The notes below the pieces were generated by a model. The model did no database searches. It was not told the DNA's origin and saw nothing but the letters and a program-made list of their open reading frames with translations. A stretch of DNA of 64,000 nt from Candidatus Eiseniibacteriota bacterium (GTDB lineage Bacteria > Eisenbacteria > RBG-16-71-46), in contig JBGAML010000008.1 of the NCBI GenBank assembly GCA_044223005.1, forward strand, positions 79,962 through 143,961. Reading direction: 5' to 3'. The translations under genes were made by a program, and so were the position numbers. Shown here piece by piece: positions 31,401-40,900 of the stretch (position 1 is the stretch's first letter; every line of letters begins with the position of its first letter).

Positions 31401-31563
31401 ACGCCGCGTGGCGACGCTGCACGACGGCGCGCTGGCGGCGGGGCGGCACCGCTTCGGCCTGCGTGATGCGGGGCTCGACGGCGGTGTGTTCTTCGCCCGC
31501 GCCCAGGTGACGTCGCACCTCGGGTCCGACGTGCGGATCACGCGCGTCGTGAACATCCGCTGA
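28483..31563 (+). CDS. Large secreted Gly/Thr-rich beta-helix-like protein with T9SS-like C-terminal domain
   Basis: Signal peptide, repeated VGxxxxxxGxLxVxxGGxV units resembling T5SS/PEP-CTERM-associated repeats, CTD LFDVNGRRVATLHDG...GVFFAR. Confidence 0.85.
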   Translation: MRTVFPIRRLPRSVAVVACAAAVSLQVFAPLAAAATLSWAAASSGALGVAGNWNPVQVPTASDLLRFDVGPGPYTVTCGAAVPAVVSHDYRQGTVYLQCTQPHDITTQLTVGSGAGQVVTARVVSGTLESGWSTLVGTGAGADGTLQVIGADATLVQNGGPGVPVFTVGGANATGTLRVASGGIVEAAVDLDAGLHAGSLGTLRVVGESSGSGAHASQLRLDSVAGDLRLGPDTGHGVLEVTGGGLVHVAQHAILAEDAGDVAEASLSGTGTLDDSRMDVDGDLRIGANLAGGSPGGTATLTLSTGSAVNVGGTTTVGDPDGGTASLVMEDGTQLATHALALYRSTDLDGVVGGLLQVDGGTVTAGSAGLHIAGGAGFAEMQWIHGATGNFSTFTFLPSLVVGDGSLAKLSLFDGSSLTTSGGRAVLGAQAGANGTLEVRLASSLTSGSRFDVGDAGDGTLNVWSNGQVTTAGLSIARTASSTGLVAIRDQYSTLTSTERVDVGGTAGAAGGSGELQVELWGKLVLAKSGVSGRVWPTGIVHVGDESTIDLTGSLEVQGTLAVANGDVTGGTVTLQSGGILSGYGNVFPSITTGTDTTTRIVAGGSLNLATSPSGAGFTNRGRLEVGSYVVRLGATGTQPIGNVSLAGGTLQLDHPGTLEVGKRITGTGTITGTVICQGDIVASGPAGLTFGGTLSGTGTGIGGTLLHFTSSGGFSGGGHMDLPVVADAGSSVLMTSDLVLGQVGVANALQLAGEISTGAHELELRSGTEVVLSGPVTIAGGTLRLTGGSPRVRLAAGTTTTVTGTLDAPLAVDGQLVLTPSYAATIASSAVAYSASGRTTIQFLHGDLGTYGRLEASGPLSLAGAFDLHFTGPWRPVPGQRFRVLSGSSQVGAFTTLLYEGLPAAGQYTLDYAADGVYVEFTDVLDAPGALAESLPATLQFSAGGSPGPAASLDLAMPVAADVRLDLFDVNGRRVATLHDGALAAGRHRFGLRDAGLDGGVFFARAQVTSHLGSDVRITRVVNIR

Positions 31564-31637
31564 TGGCCCCCCGGCCCGCGCGCGCGAAGGCGTCACGCTT
31601 CGCGCGCGCGCGAATCCCCGCCGTCCCCGAAAGGAGG

Positions 31638-32846
31638 ATGCCCCTCATGCGCCCCATGCCGAAGTTCCTCCGCCGGAGCGCCGCCGCCCTGGCGGTGGCG
31701 TCGCTCCTCACGGCTCCGGTCCCTGTTGCCGCGACCCCGCTGGGCAGCCCGCGGATGCACGTGGTCTCGGGCACCGTGGCGCCGCCCTACTCGCCCAACT
31801 TCGTGCTGTCGACGGCGGTCTCCACCTGGCCCACGCTGGTGCAGTGGGACGTTTCGGACGAGCCCGTGAAGGACGCGACGGGCAGCATTCGCGCCGGCGG
31901 CTGGTGGTGGTGGTCCTCCTCGGGTCTGCTCGCCAACTGGGGCGTCGATGCCGCTCACGACGACGGAACGTTCTCGTCGGTCTCCGAGATGCAGACTCCT
32001 TCCAGCTTCCAGAACCACCTCGGGGTCTTCGGGGCGGTCACGTGGTCGCAGAGCTTTCGCAAGGACTCCGTCACCGCGTCGTATCACTACACGATTTCGC
32101 GGGCGCAAACCTACGCGCGTTGCATGACCACGGGGGCCCGCGCCGAGTTCGCCATCGACAACGCGGCCTACATGGGCCTCGCGTCGTTCTACCAGTTCCA
32201 CCAGGACGGCGGCGTGGTGATGTTCGGCAACCCGCCGCAGCTCCCTTCGGTGGTCACGACCTCGCACGGCCCGATGACGTGGTCGGGCTCGAATCCCGAC
32301 GGCATCCAGCGCGACTACCAGATGGACTTCGCCGGGCACACCGAGGAGATCGACCTGTCGAGCGTGCCCGTGGGCGGCGAGTTCTCGGTCACGTTCAACC
32401 TCGTCACACGTGCGCACATCGCGTACGACGAGATCGTCCGGTCGCGCGCGTACGTCCAGGATCCGGGAAGCGACTCGGTCGGGATCACGATGGTGCTCGC
32501 GGGGCTCACTCCGACCGACAATCCGCAGCTCCCGACGCTCGGGATCGGGCCCGTGGCCGTCGCCGGCGTCGAGATGTCGTCGCCCTGGCCCAATCCCGGC
32601 CGCGGACCGGTTCGCTTCACGCTGGAGCTGCCGCGGGCGACCTCGCTCGGCGTCGAGGTCTACGACCTCACCGGGCGGCACGTCGCCACGCTCTCGGACG
32701 GGGTGCTCGAGGCGGGACTCCACCCGCTGGCCTGGGACGCCCGCGACACCGGCGGACGCCCCGTGCCCGCCGGCGTCTACCTCGTTCGCGCCGCCGGGCC
32801 CGGCGTGCACGTCGTGCGGCGGATCGTCCATCTCGGGACGGAGTGA
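31638..32846 (+). CDS. Secreted hypothetical protein with FlgD-Ig/T9SS-like C-terminal domain
   Basis: AAGGAGG RBS (start 31638 or 31647), signal peptide, PWPNP...YDLTGRHV...WDARDTGG...GVYLVR. Confidence 0.85.
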   Translation: MPLMRPMPKFLRRSAAALAVASLLTAPVPVAATPLGSPRMHVVSGTVAPPYSPNFVLSTAVSTWPTLVQWDVSDEPVKDATGSIRAGGWWWWSSSGLLANWGVDAAHDDGTFSSVSEMQTPSSFQNHLGVFGAVTWSQSFRKDSVTASYHYTISRAQTYARCMTTGARAEFAIDNAAYMGLASFYQFHQDGGVVMFGNPPQLPSVVTTSHGPMTWSGSNPDGIQRDYQMDFAGHTEEIDLSSVPVGGEFSVTFNLVTRAHIAYDEIVRSRAYVQDPGSDSVGITMVLAGLTPTDNPQLPTLGIGPVAVAGVEMSSPWPNPGRGPVRFTLELPRATSLGVEVYDLTGRHVATLSDGVLEAGLHPLAWDARDTGGRPVPAGVYLVRAAGPGVHVVRRIVHLGTE

Positions 32847-32940
32847 CGAAAGGCGGGGGCATGCCCGGAGGGTCCGGCAGTGCTTCGCGCACACGGGCGC
32901 GGGGTGCAGTGGCCCGCGCCCGCCGTGTGCGGCAGCGGGC

Positions 32941-33495
32941 CTAGTGCCGCTGCTTCCGGAACTCCGCCGCGAAATCGGTCGTCGGGTGGAAGTCGTCGTG
33001 GCGGATGCGCAGCTCGAGGCGACGCGTCTTCGACGGCCACGACACGACGGTCCTGTTTCCCGAACGCGCGAGCGCGCCGTTCGTGCCGAGCACGGTGGTG
33101 ACCGAGTCGATCGAGACGTGGAGCGTCTCGCCCGATATCTCGCTCGTGAACACCTCGGTGATGTCGGGGAAGAGATCGGTCTCGCGCCAGAGCAGTTCGC
33201 GGCCCTTGCGCTCGAGCGCACGCGACTTCACGTAGACACCGTCCTTCGCGCGTTCGAGCAGGTACTCGTCGCTCTTCCAGCGCCGCAGCAGCTCGTCGAA
33301 ATCCTTCTGCTGCTTCGCGGCTTCCTGCTGGTCGGACTGCACGTCGTACTGCACCACGCTGAGCGTGCCACTCCTGCCGTCCTCGTTCAGGGTCACGACG
33401 TAGTCGTCTTCGCGGCTGACGAGGCAGCCGCCGAGCAGTGTCGCGACGGCGGACGCGACGACGGCGGCGACGGCGAGTCTGGACAGACATTTCAT
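32941..33495 (-). CDS. Hypothetical lipoprotein
   Basis: Lipobox LLGGC after a hydrophobic stretch, balanced composition. Confidence 0.8.
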   Translation of the reverse strand: MKCLSRLAVAAVVASAVATLLGGCLVSREDDYVVTLNEDGRSGTLSVVQYDVQSDQQEAAKQQKDFDELLRRWKSDEYLLERAKDGVYVKSRALERKGRELLWRETDLFPDITEVFTSEISGETLHVSIDSVTTVLGTNGALARSGNRTVVSWPSKTRRLELRIRHDDFHPTTDFAAEFRKQRH

Positions 33496-33955
33496 ATGAG
33501 AATCCCCAGGGTGGATCGGGAGCGATGGTGGCGAGCGCCCGAGACCTCGGGGGAACCTGCGGACGGCGGCGCCGGGCCGGACGTCGGCCCACGATGCGGG
33601 ATCGCATCGCCACGTTGCCTGCGGCCGGAGGTCAACGTGTCAATACTCGCGCCGGTAGCGGCCCAGTGCGGAGACACCGCGACGAGCGTTGCGGATACCT
33701 CCACGAGAGCCGGGGCTGGCTCGCCGGCCGGCCGCGCCCGGCGACCGAGCGGCCGGAGGGGCCCGTCGCGAACGGCGATCACCGTTTCCCGGCACGCAGC
33801 GTGCGGTGACTCGTCGCGCCGTTTCACCGTCGTTTCAGCCGCTGCACGCACGGCGAGTTTCATCGCGTTTCGCGCGCGTTCCCGTTGACCTCGACCGCAC
33901 GCTGCGGTGTGATCTTCTCCTCTGGGATGCAACGATGTTCAACGGAGGAGTCGCC

Positions 33956-35395
33956 ATGCCGGTCGCACGGAACCTGGTCGGGATCGTCCTGCTGCTCGTG
34001 GCGTTGCAGCCCGTCGCGTGTTTCGCGGGCGGATCGGTGCGACGCGCGCCGAAGCCGCTGCACACCGTCCGCGCAACGACGTTCGATCCCGAGCTCCTGA
34101 CGCAGGTCCAGCACCGGACGTTCGACTACTTCTGGGACGGCGCGCACTCCAGCGGGCTCGCGTGGGAGAGCACGTCGGACTCGGGGCCGAGCCGTGAACC
34201 GCGGCTCGCCGTCGGCGCGACGGGCATGGGCATGATGGCGATCATCGTCGGCATCGAGCGCGGCTTCATTTCGCGGGCCGCCGGCGCGGAGCGCATCGCG
34301 CGCATCCTCGACTACCTCCACGACAAGGCGCCGCGCTACCACGGGGCATGGCCGCACTGGCTCGACCCCGCGACGGGCGAAGGGTTCGGGCAGGAGGGCA
34401 ACGATTCGTATCGCAAGAGCGACATCGTCGAGACGGGCTATGCCGTCGAGGGCCTGCTCTGCGCGCGCCAGTACTTCACCGACCCGAACGACCCGACCGA
34501 GGCGCACATCCGCACGCTGGCGGACACGCTCTGGCGCGACGTCGACTGGGCGTTCTACGCCGCGGCCGATCACGGCCGGCTCTACTGGCACTGGTCGGTC
34601 GATTCCGGCTTCCAGTGTCCCGCGCAGGCCGACATCTACGGCTTCAACGAATGCATGATCGCCTACCTCCTCGGCATGGCGAGCCCGACGCACCCGCTGC
34701 CCGTGAGCAGCTACGAGAAAGGCTGGCTCTCCGAGCGCTACACGACCGACGCCGAGTACAAGGGCATCCGGCACTACCTGCAGTACGCCTACCGCGACGG
34801 CTGGGGCATGAACGTGTGCGCGTTCTGGACGCACTACTCGTATCTCGGCTTCGACCCGCGCACGATCCGCGATTCGGTGCTGGGGCGCGCGGGAGCGCCC
34901 GCAGGGTTCACGTACTTCGACGTGTTCCGGAACATCGCGCGCATCAATCGGGAGTACTTCCTGGACCACCATCCGAAGGATCCGGCCGGCGCGTGGGGCC
35001 TCTCGGCGAGCTACGATCCGTCGGGCTACGCCGCGCACAGCCCGGTGCCGTTCGCAGGCGGCATGGGCGACAACGGCACGATCACGCCGAGCGCCGCGCT
35101 CGGATCGTTCCCGTACACGCCGGACGAATCGTACGAGGCGCTGCGCGCGTTCCGAGCCGACCCGAAGCTCTGGGGACGCTACGGCTTCTACGACGCGTAC
35201 AACCCGGGGCGGAACTGGTACGTGCGCGAGTACATCGGGATCGACCAGGGCCCGATCGTGATCGGGATCGAGAACCAGCGGACCGGCCTGCTCTGGAAGC
35301 TCTTCATGTCGCATCCCGACATCAGCGATCCGAAGATGGGCCTGCTCCGCAAGCTCGCCGACGCGGGCTGGATGATCACGCCGCCGGCGCGCTGA
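33956..35395 (+). CDS. Glucoamylase-family / GH144-like endo-beta-1,2-glucanase, exported
   Basis: GGAGGAG RBS, signal peptide, TFDYFW, GMGMMAIIVGIERGFI, HGAWPHW, DIVET, FNECMIAY, TITPSAAL, IDQGPIVIGIEN. Confidence 0.85.
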   Translation: MPVARNLVGIVLLLVALQPVACFAGGSVRRAPKPLHTVRATTFDPELLTQVQHRTFDYFWDGAHSSGLAWESTSDSGPSREPRLAVGATGMGMMAIIVGIERGFISRAAGAERIARILDYLHDKAPRYHGAWPHWLDPATGEGFGQEGNDSYRKSDIVETGYAVEGLLCARQYFTDPNDPTEAHIRTLADTLWRDVDWAFYAAADHGRLYWHWSVDSGFQCPAQADIYGFNECMIAYLLGMASPTHPLPVSSYEKGWLSERYTTDAEYKGIRHYLQYAYRDGWGMNVCAFWTHYSYLGFDPRTIRDSVLGRAGAPAGFTYFDVFRNIARINREYFLDHHPKDPAGAWGLSASYDPSGYAAHSPVPFAGGMGDNGTITPSAALGSFPYTPDESYEALRAFRADPKLWGRYGFYDAYNPGRNWYVREYIGIDQGPIVIGIENQRTGLLWKLFMSHPDISDPKMGLLRKLADAGWMITPPAR

Positions 35396-35583
35396 AACTC
35401 GCGGCGCGGTGACCCGGCGAACGCCGGGACTCCACGATCCGACATCCCGCTTCGCGATCGTGGAGGGATTCGCGGCGCCCTGGTCGTGCGTGCCGGCGAC
35501 CGCGCGCCCTGCGCGCCGCGTCAATCCCGCGCGGCGCTCGCACTTGGCGGTGCGCACGTGCGGCAGCGATGCGCCGCGCGTTG

Positions 35584-35599
35584 CGGCACGTCGATTGCG
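35584..35599 (+). promoter_or_regulatory. Candidate sigma54 (-24/-12) promoter
   Basis: CGGCACG-TCGA-TTGCG (GG-N10-GC), 75 bp upstream of ATG 35674. Confidence 0.55.
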
Positions 35600-35673
35600 A
35601 TGCGCCTCCGGCGGTCATGCGACGCAGCCCGGGCGACCGCCCCGGTGTGCCGGCGACGCGGGGGAGGGCTGCC

Positions 35674-36204
35674 ATGCGACACGACGCGATGCGAATGCTC
35701 CTGTGGACCGGTCTCCTGCTGCTCGTGGCGAGCGCGCCGGCACGCGCTGCCCGCGCGACCGTGCGGCTCGATGGCGGATTCGCGACGATCGACCAGGCGA
35801 TCGCCCGCAACCCCGGCTGGACGGCGGGGGGAGAACTGGAGATCGGGTTGGCCGAGTGGATCGCGCTGCTCGGGCGCGTGGACACGTACCACTGGGCCAC
35901 CGAAGGCACCTCGCGATTCGTGCCGTCGTCCGTCGGCAGTTCCGATTTCGGTTTCGGGCTCCGCCTGAGCTGGCCCTCGGGGCCCGTGCGGCCGTACGTG
36001 GACCTCGAGGGAATGGTCGCGCATGGCGACATCGACGGCGCACCCGGCCTCGGCGCGCAGGCGGGCGTGGGACTCACGTGGAAGCGGGCGAACGGCCCGG
36101 ACGTCTTCGTCGAAGCACGCGGCGCGGGCCTGTCGGACATGGAGGAGTCGAGCAGCCTCGCCTCCGGCCGCATCGGCATCTCGATCCCGCTCGCGCGGCG
36201 GTGA
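35674..36204 (+). CDS. Small outer-membrane beta-barrel-like protein
   Basis: Signal peptide (ARA-A), alternating amphipathic strands, VRPYV motif, C-terminal GRIGISIPL. Confidence 0.65.
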   Translation: MRHDAMRMLLWTGLLLLVASAPARAARATVRLDGGFATIDQAIARNPGWTAGGELEIGLAEWIALLGRVDTYHWATEGTSRFVPSSVGSSDFGFGLRLSWPSGPVRPYVDLEGMVAHGDIDGAPGLGAQAGVGLTWKRANGPDVFVEARGAGLSDMEESSSLASGRIGISIPLARR

Positions 36205-36267
36205 GGTCGTGGCGATCGGCCTGGGCGGAAACGCCGCGCGCGGCCGCGCGGCGTTTCCGCCCGAACC

Positions 36268-37350
36268 TTAAGGCTGCAGCGTCACGATGCGCCGGACGAC
36301 CGTGCCCGCCGGCGTGGAGAGGCGCACGAGGTAGACGCCCGGCCTGCACGTGCCGCGCGACCAGTGCACGACGTGCGTGCCGGCGCCGAACACTCCGTCG
36401 GCGAGCGTGGCGACGTGGCGACCGGCGAGATCGAGCACGTCGACCCGCACACTGCCGGTTGCGGTCGACGCGAACGTGAGCGCGGCGCCGTCGCGAACGG
36501 GATTGGGCGCGACGACGAGTGCGAGCTCCGGAGTGCTCGCGGCGCCGACGTCCGCGTGCGCGGGCGGGTCGAGCTGCAGGCCGAGGCTGTCCGCATAGCC
36601 GTCGTCGTAGGTGCCCGCGGCGCGAACGAACCGGATCGTGACGCGCACCGAACGCGTGAGCGTGGGCACGGTGCCGGTCGACTGGCGATAGACGAGCCCG
36701 GTCGCGCTCGCGCGGTCGCCCGCGGTCACCGGCCCGATCGCCGTCGAATCGAGCGCACCGCCGCCCGCGGCGAGGAACACGGCCGACGCGACAGCGTCGT
36801 CTTCCTGCGAAGAGAAGCCGCCCAAGTAGCCGCAGAACCGGAACGTCACGCCGCCACCGTCGACGACGCGTGCGAGGCCGCTCACGTCGATCGTCTGCGA
36901 GAGCCACGAGGCCGGCGTCGCGTTGCCGCCCGCGAACAGGTTCATGCCGCGGCCGACGGGGCCGCGATCGGAGAGGGTGGGGAAGCCGCCCCCCGAGGAG
37001 GCGTATGCGATCGAGGTCGCCGGGCCCGAACTCGTCCAGCCCGGAACGCTCACGGGAACGTACCCGTCCGGAGACGCCAGGCTGTCCTCGGCCCCGGCGT
37101 TGACGATGATGTTCTTGCCGAACGCGACCGTCACCGGCAGGGCCGCCACGGGCGCGAGATGCACCGCCGGCCGGGCGGAATGCCCCAGGTGTTCGTCGGC
37201 GAAGGCCGAACCGGCGACCACGGGCGACAGGGTGCAGCAGGTGAGCAGCGCGAACAGGGCCAGGCAGGACGGCGCGCGACGAGAGGGGCGGGACACGGCG
37301 GCTCTCCGAGGGGACGTGCGGAATGGGGAAGGTGTGAGGATCGCCCTCAC
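36268..37350 (-). CDS. Secreted protein with jelly-roll (galactose-binding-like) domain and T9SS-like CTD
   Basis: Signal-like N-terminus, NIIVNAGAE...LSQTIDVS...YDDGYADSL domain, VAPNP...LDLAGRHV...PGVYLVRL. Start uncertain. Confidence 0.78.
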   Translation of the reverse strand: MRAILTPSPFRTSPRRAAVSRPSRRAPSCLALFALLTCCTLSPVVAGSAFADEHLGHSARPAVHLAPVAALPVTVAFGKNIIVNAGAEDSLASPDGYVPVSVPGWTSSGPATSIAYASSGGGFPTLSDRGPVGRGMNLFAGGNATPASWLSQTIDVSGLARVVDGGGVTFRFCGYLGGFSSQEDDAVASAVFLAAGGGALDSTAIGPVTAGDRASATGLVYRQSTGTVPTLTRSVRVTIRFVRAAGTYDDGYADSLGLQLDPPAHADVGAASTPELALVVAPNPVRDGAALTFASTATGSVRVDVLDLAGRHVATLADGVFGAGTHVVHWSRGTCRPGVYLVRLSTPAGTVVRRIVTLQP

Positions 37351-37441
37351 TCCGAGTGCAGGAACCCGGCCAGCGTCGAGGGCCGCCGCGCGACCGGACC
37401 GGTTGTCGCGGTGCTTCGGGGTCCGTATCGCGCCATCGCCG

Positions 37442-37888
37442 TCAGCCCGAGATGCTCCCCCAGGTCGCGCCGAGCGCCACCAGCACCAGAACGTCGACGA
37501 TCAGTCCGAGGACGACCCAGCGCTGGTGCTTCGGCGCGCCGTCCGTGACCTCCCACCGCGCGATGTCGGCGGTGTCGAGGGCGGTCGCATGGCCCGCGAC
37601 GTCGAGCCGCACGCGTTGCGACGGCGGCGTCCCGGCGGTCGCCGTCGTGTCCGGCGCTCGCGATTCGAGACCGAGGTAGAAACCCTCGAGGCGCGTGCCG
37701 TCGCGCCGCTGGACGATCAAGCGCGCGCCGGGTTCGACGGAACGGAAATCGCCCGCGTTCGGATTCGCGCCGCCGCCCGGGCCCGCCGGCGCGGGCGGCA
37801 TGCCGAGCCCGAGCAGCGAGCAGCCGCTCGCTGCTGCCATGAGAATGCATGCGAGGGTTGCGATTGACACGATGCGCCAGAGTCTCAT
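37442..37888 (-). CDS. Hypothetical lipoprotein with C-terminal TM helix (paralog of 43146..43913)
   Basis: Lipobox AASGC, RDGTRLEGFYLG motif, C-terminal GLIVDVLVLVAL. Confidence 0.75.
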   Translation of the reverse strand: MRLWRIVSIATLACILMAAASGCSLLGLGMPPAPAGPGGGANPNAGDFRSVEPGARLIVQRRDGTRLEGFYLGLESRAPDTTATAGTPPSQRVRLDVAGHATALDTADIARWEVTDGAPKHQRWVVLGLIVDVLVLVALGATWGSISG

Positions 37889-37999
37889 CCACCGAGGATC
37901 ACCGATCGCGCGCGCGGAAGCCAGCGCCGGAACGCCGCGAGGCCGGGCGCGCTTCCGTATGGGGAAGCGCCCCGGCCTCGTGGACTTCGAGTGCGGCGG

Positions 38000-40900
38000 C
38001 TACCGGACCACGACGACCCGCTGCGTGCACGACGCGCGGCCGGCGTCGAGACGCGCGAAGTAGACGCCCGCGGGGAGCGCCTGGCCCGCGTCGTCGCGGC
38101 CGTCGTAGGGCACGAGGTGCTCGCCGGCCGCGCGCTCGCCATCGACCAGCGTTCGGCAGCGCGCGCCGGTCACGTCGTAGAGCGCGAGTCGCACGCGGCC
38201 CGCCTCGGGCATCGCGAAGCGCATCGTCGCGCCCGCGCGCATCGGGTTGGGATGCGCCGGCAGCAGCCGCAGCGCCGCCGGCGGTCCGTTCGCGGGCACG
38301 TCGACGAGCGCCATGGGCAGCACGTCGAAGTAGTCCCACGTGGCGACGAACGGTGTGCCGCCACGCGAGGTGGCGATCACGCCGACGGCGAGCGCCGCGG
38401 GGCCGGTCACCGCCGCGTGCACGGCGGAGCCGGGGACGAGCGTGATCGGCGGCCCAACCGGCGTGAGCCCGGTGCCGTACATGCCCGCGCGCGGCTGCAC
38501 CGTTCCTGCCGCCGGATCGACGTCGAGCGCGAGATCGACGGCGATGCCGCCGAGGTATCCCGGCACGGGGACGCGCACGGTCGCGGGCACGCCGGCGACT
38601 TCGTGCACCACGTCGAGCACCGGCTGCCCGGCTTCGCCCGCGAGGACGAGCTTCAGGTAGTCGTCGTCGCCGCCGTCGCCCATCACGATGCCCAGCGACT
38701 GGTCGCCCACGGGGGCCGCGCCGGAGAAGTAGGGCGAGGACACGCGCGAGCGGATCCGGAACGCCGCCGTGGTGGCGTCGGTCGCGACGCCGAACTGGAA
38801 CGCGTACGCCTGGCCGCCGAGCGCGCCGAGCGCGTCGCCGCCGGGCACCTGGTCGACCGTGAACTTGCCCGCGGCGCCGCCGGCGGTGATGCGCACCGGG
38901 TCGAACTGGTCGAGGTAGTCGGTCACGCCGTCGAGCATCAGGCCGGTGAAGCCGAGCCCGAAGAAGCCGAAGCCCGGATCGCCGCCGTCCCAGCTGTAGC
39001 GCACGGGCAGCGGGGTCGCACCGTTGCTCGCGTCGCGGGCGAAGGCGTCGGCGAGGTCGGCGAGACCGTCGCCGTCGTCGTCGGGGTCGACGCGGTCGGA
39101 GAAGTAGTCGTGGTCGAAGTCCGGAGGCACGTCGGCCGCGGAGCACGGGCTGGTGCCGTTCAGGATCTCGTCGGTATTGGCGTAGCCATCGCCGTCGTCG
39201 TCCAGCCCGGGAACGTTCGCGCCGTTGCAGGTGGAGCCGCCGCCGTCGTAGTCGAGGGGTTCGAACACGAGGATCGCGCCGCTCACGTAGTCGGCGACCC
39301 AGATCGTGCCGGGGAACGTGTCGCCGTCCGCCTGGGCCGTCACGTCGAGAGGCGTGACGCCGACGTTGGAGAACAGCGTCTGCACGAGGCTCGCGGTGTC
39401 GCCGTTCGCGGTCAGCGCGACGCGCTCGATCGTGTTGTTGAAGCTCGCCGCCAGCAGATTGCCCTGCATCAGCCCGCCGAAGTTGGAGCCGCGATACTCC
39501 GTGATGCCGTTGGTCGAGAAGTTCCACGTCGCGAGCGCGCCATCGCCTCCGAGCGCGACCGGCACGCCGGGCGGCAGGTAGTCGCACTCGATCGGGTGAT
39601 CGGCCGGGACCGGCGACTGCGGCTGCGTGACGTTGAACGTGTTCGCCGTACGCGCGCGGGTCGGATTCGGGTGCCCGGCGTAGAAGCCCGCGGTGACGAG
39701 GTGGAGGTTGTCCGCGAGGCTGGCGCTGCCGCCGTCGTTGTCGGCGTTGGTGCAGCCCGCACCCGGCCCTTCGCCCACGGGCGGTCCGCCCCAGCCGGCG
39801 TTGGGTCCGTTGTCGATCGCGTAGAGACGCCCGCTCGCGGTACGGACGACGTCGAAGGGATTGCGCCAGCCGGGCGAATAGACCTGCACCGGGCCGCCGG
39901 GCACGATCCGCGCCTGGTTCTTGCCGTCGTTGCCGCCGAAGGGGTCGTTGAAGTCCGCGGTGCCGGGACGGTCCTCGTCGTCGAGCGTGGGCAGGTCGTA
40001 GGTCGTGCTGCCGATCGCGGCGAGATCGACCGACAGGATCGCGGCCGAGAGTGCGTATTCGGGCAGGAACGAGAAGTTGTTCGACGGCGCGCCCATGTTG
40101 GTGTTGCCGCCCTGGCCCACGAACAGCGTCTGCGTGGCCGGGTCGAGCGCGAGGCCGTTGGTGGCGTGATCGTTCTCGCATCGCGGCAGGCCGCGGACGA
40201 GGTCGGTGTGCACCCACGACGCGCCGCTCCACGCGAGCCGCGTGAGCACGCCGGAGTTGGTGTCGAGGTCGATGTCGCCCGCCACCGCCATGCGCGGATC
40301 GGACGAGGTGACATAGATCACCGGGTTGGCCGCGGTGCCGGTCACGAGCAGGCCCGTGACGAGCCGCGTGTCCACCGCCGGCGCGAGGTTGCCGAAGTCG
40401 TCGTGGTTCGGGATCGCGCGGACGCTGGTGATCGTCTCGCTCGAGGTGACCGCGTACTGGTTGGCGGCGGTGCGCGAGACACCGAGCACCAGGATCGAAC
40501 CGTCGCGCTGCCCGACGTAGAGCCGGCCGTCGGGACCGAACTGCAGCGTCGTCGGGTTGGTCGCCGACACGCCGGACAGCGCGCTCTTGCCGAAGCCGAT
40601 CGTGGCCGAGCTCGTGCCTTCGCCCGAGAGCGGGAGGACGAGCGGCGCCGCGACGCCGTCGTGCGCGATCGTCAGCGATCCGGTGACGGATCCGGGCGCG
40701 GTGGGCACGAAGCTGACGTTGAACGTGCGCGACTGTCCCGGCGCGAGCACCTGCGGCGTGAGCGTGTGCGTGAAGGGGCCGCTCACGGTGGCGCCCGACA
40801 CCGTGATCGCGGGGTCGCCGGGCGCGCCGAGGTTGGAGATCACGACCGGATGCGGCACGGAGACGTGGCCGACCTGCACGGGGCCGAAGCCGAGCGCGCC

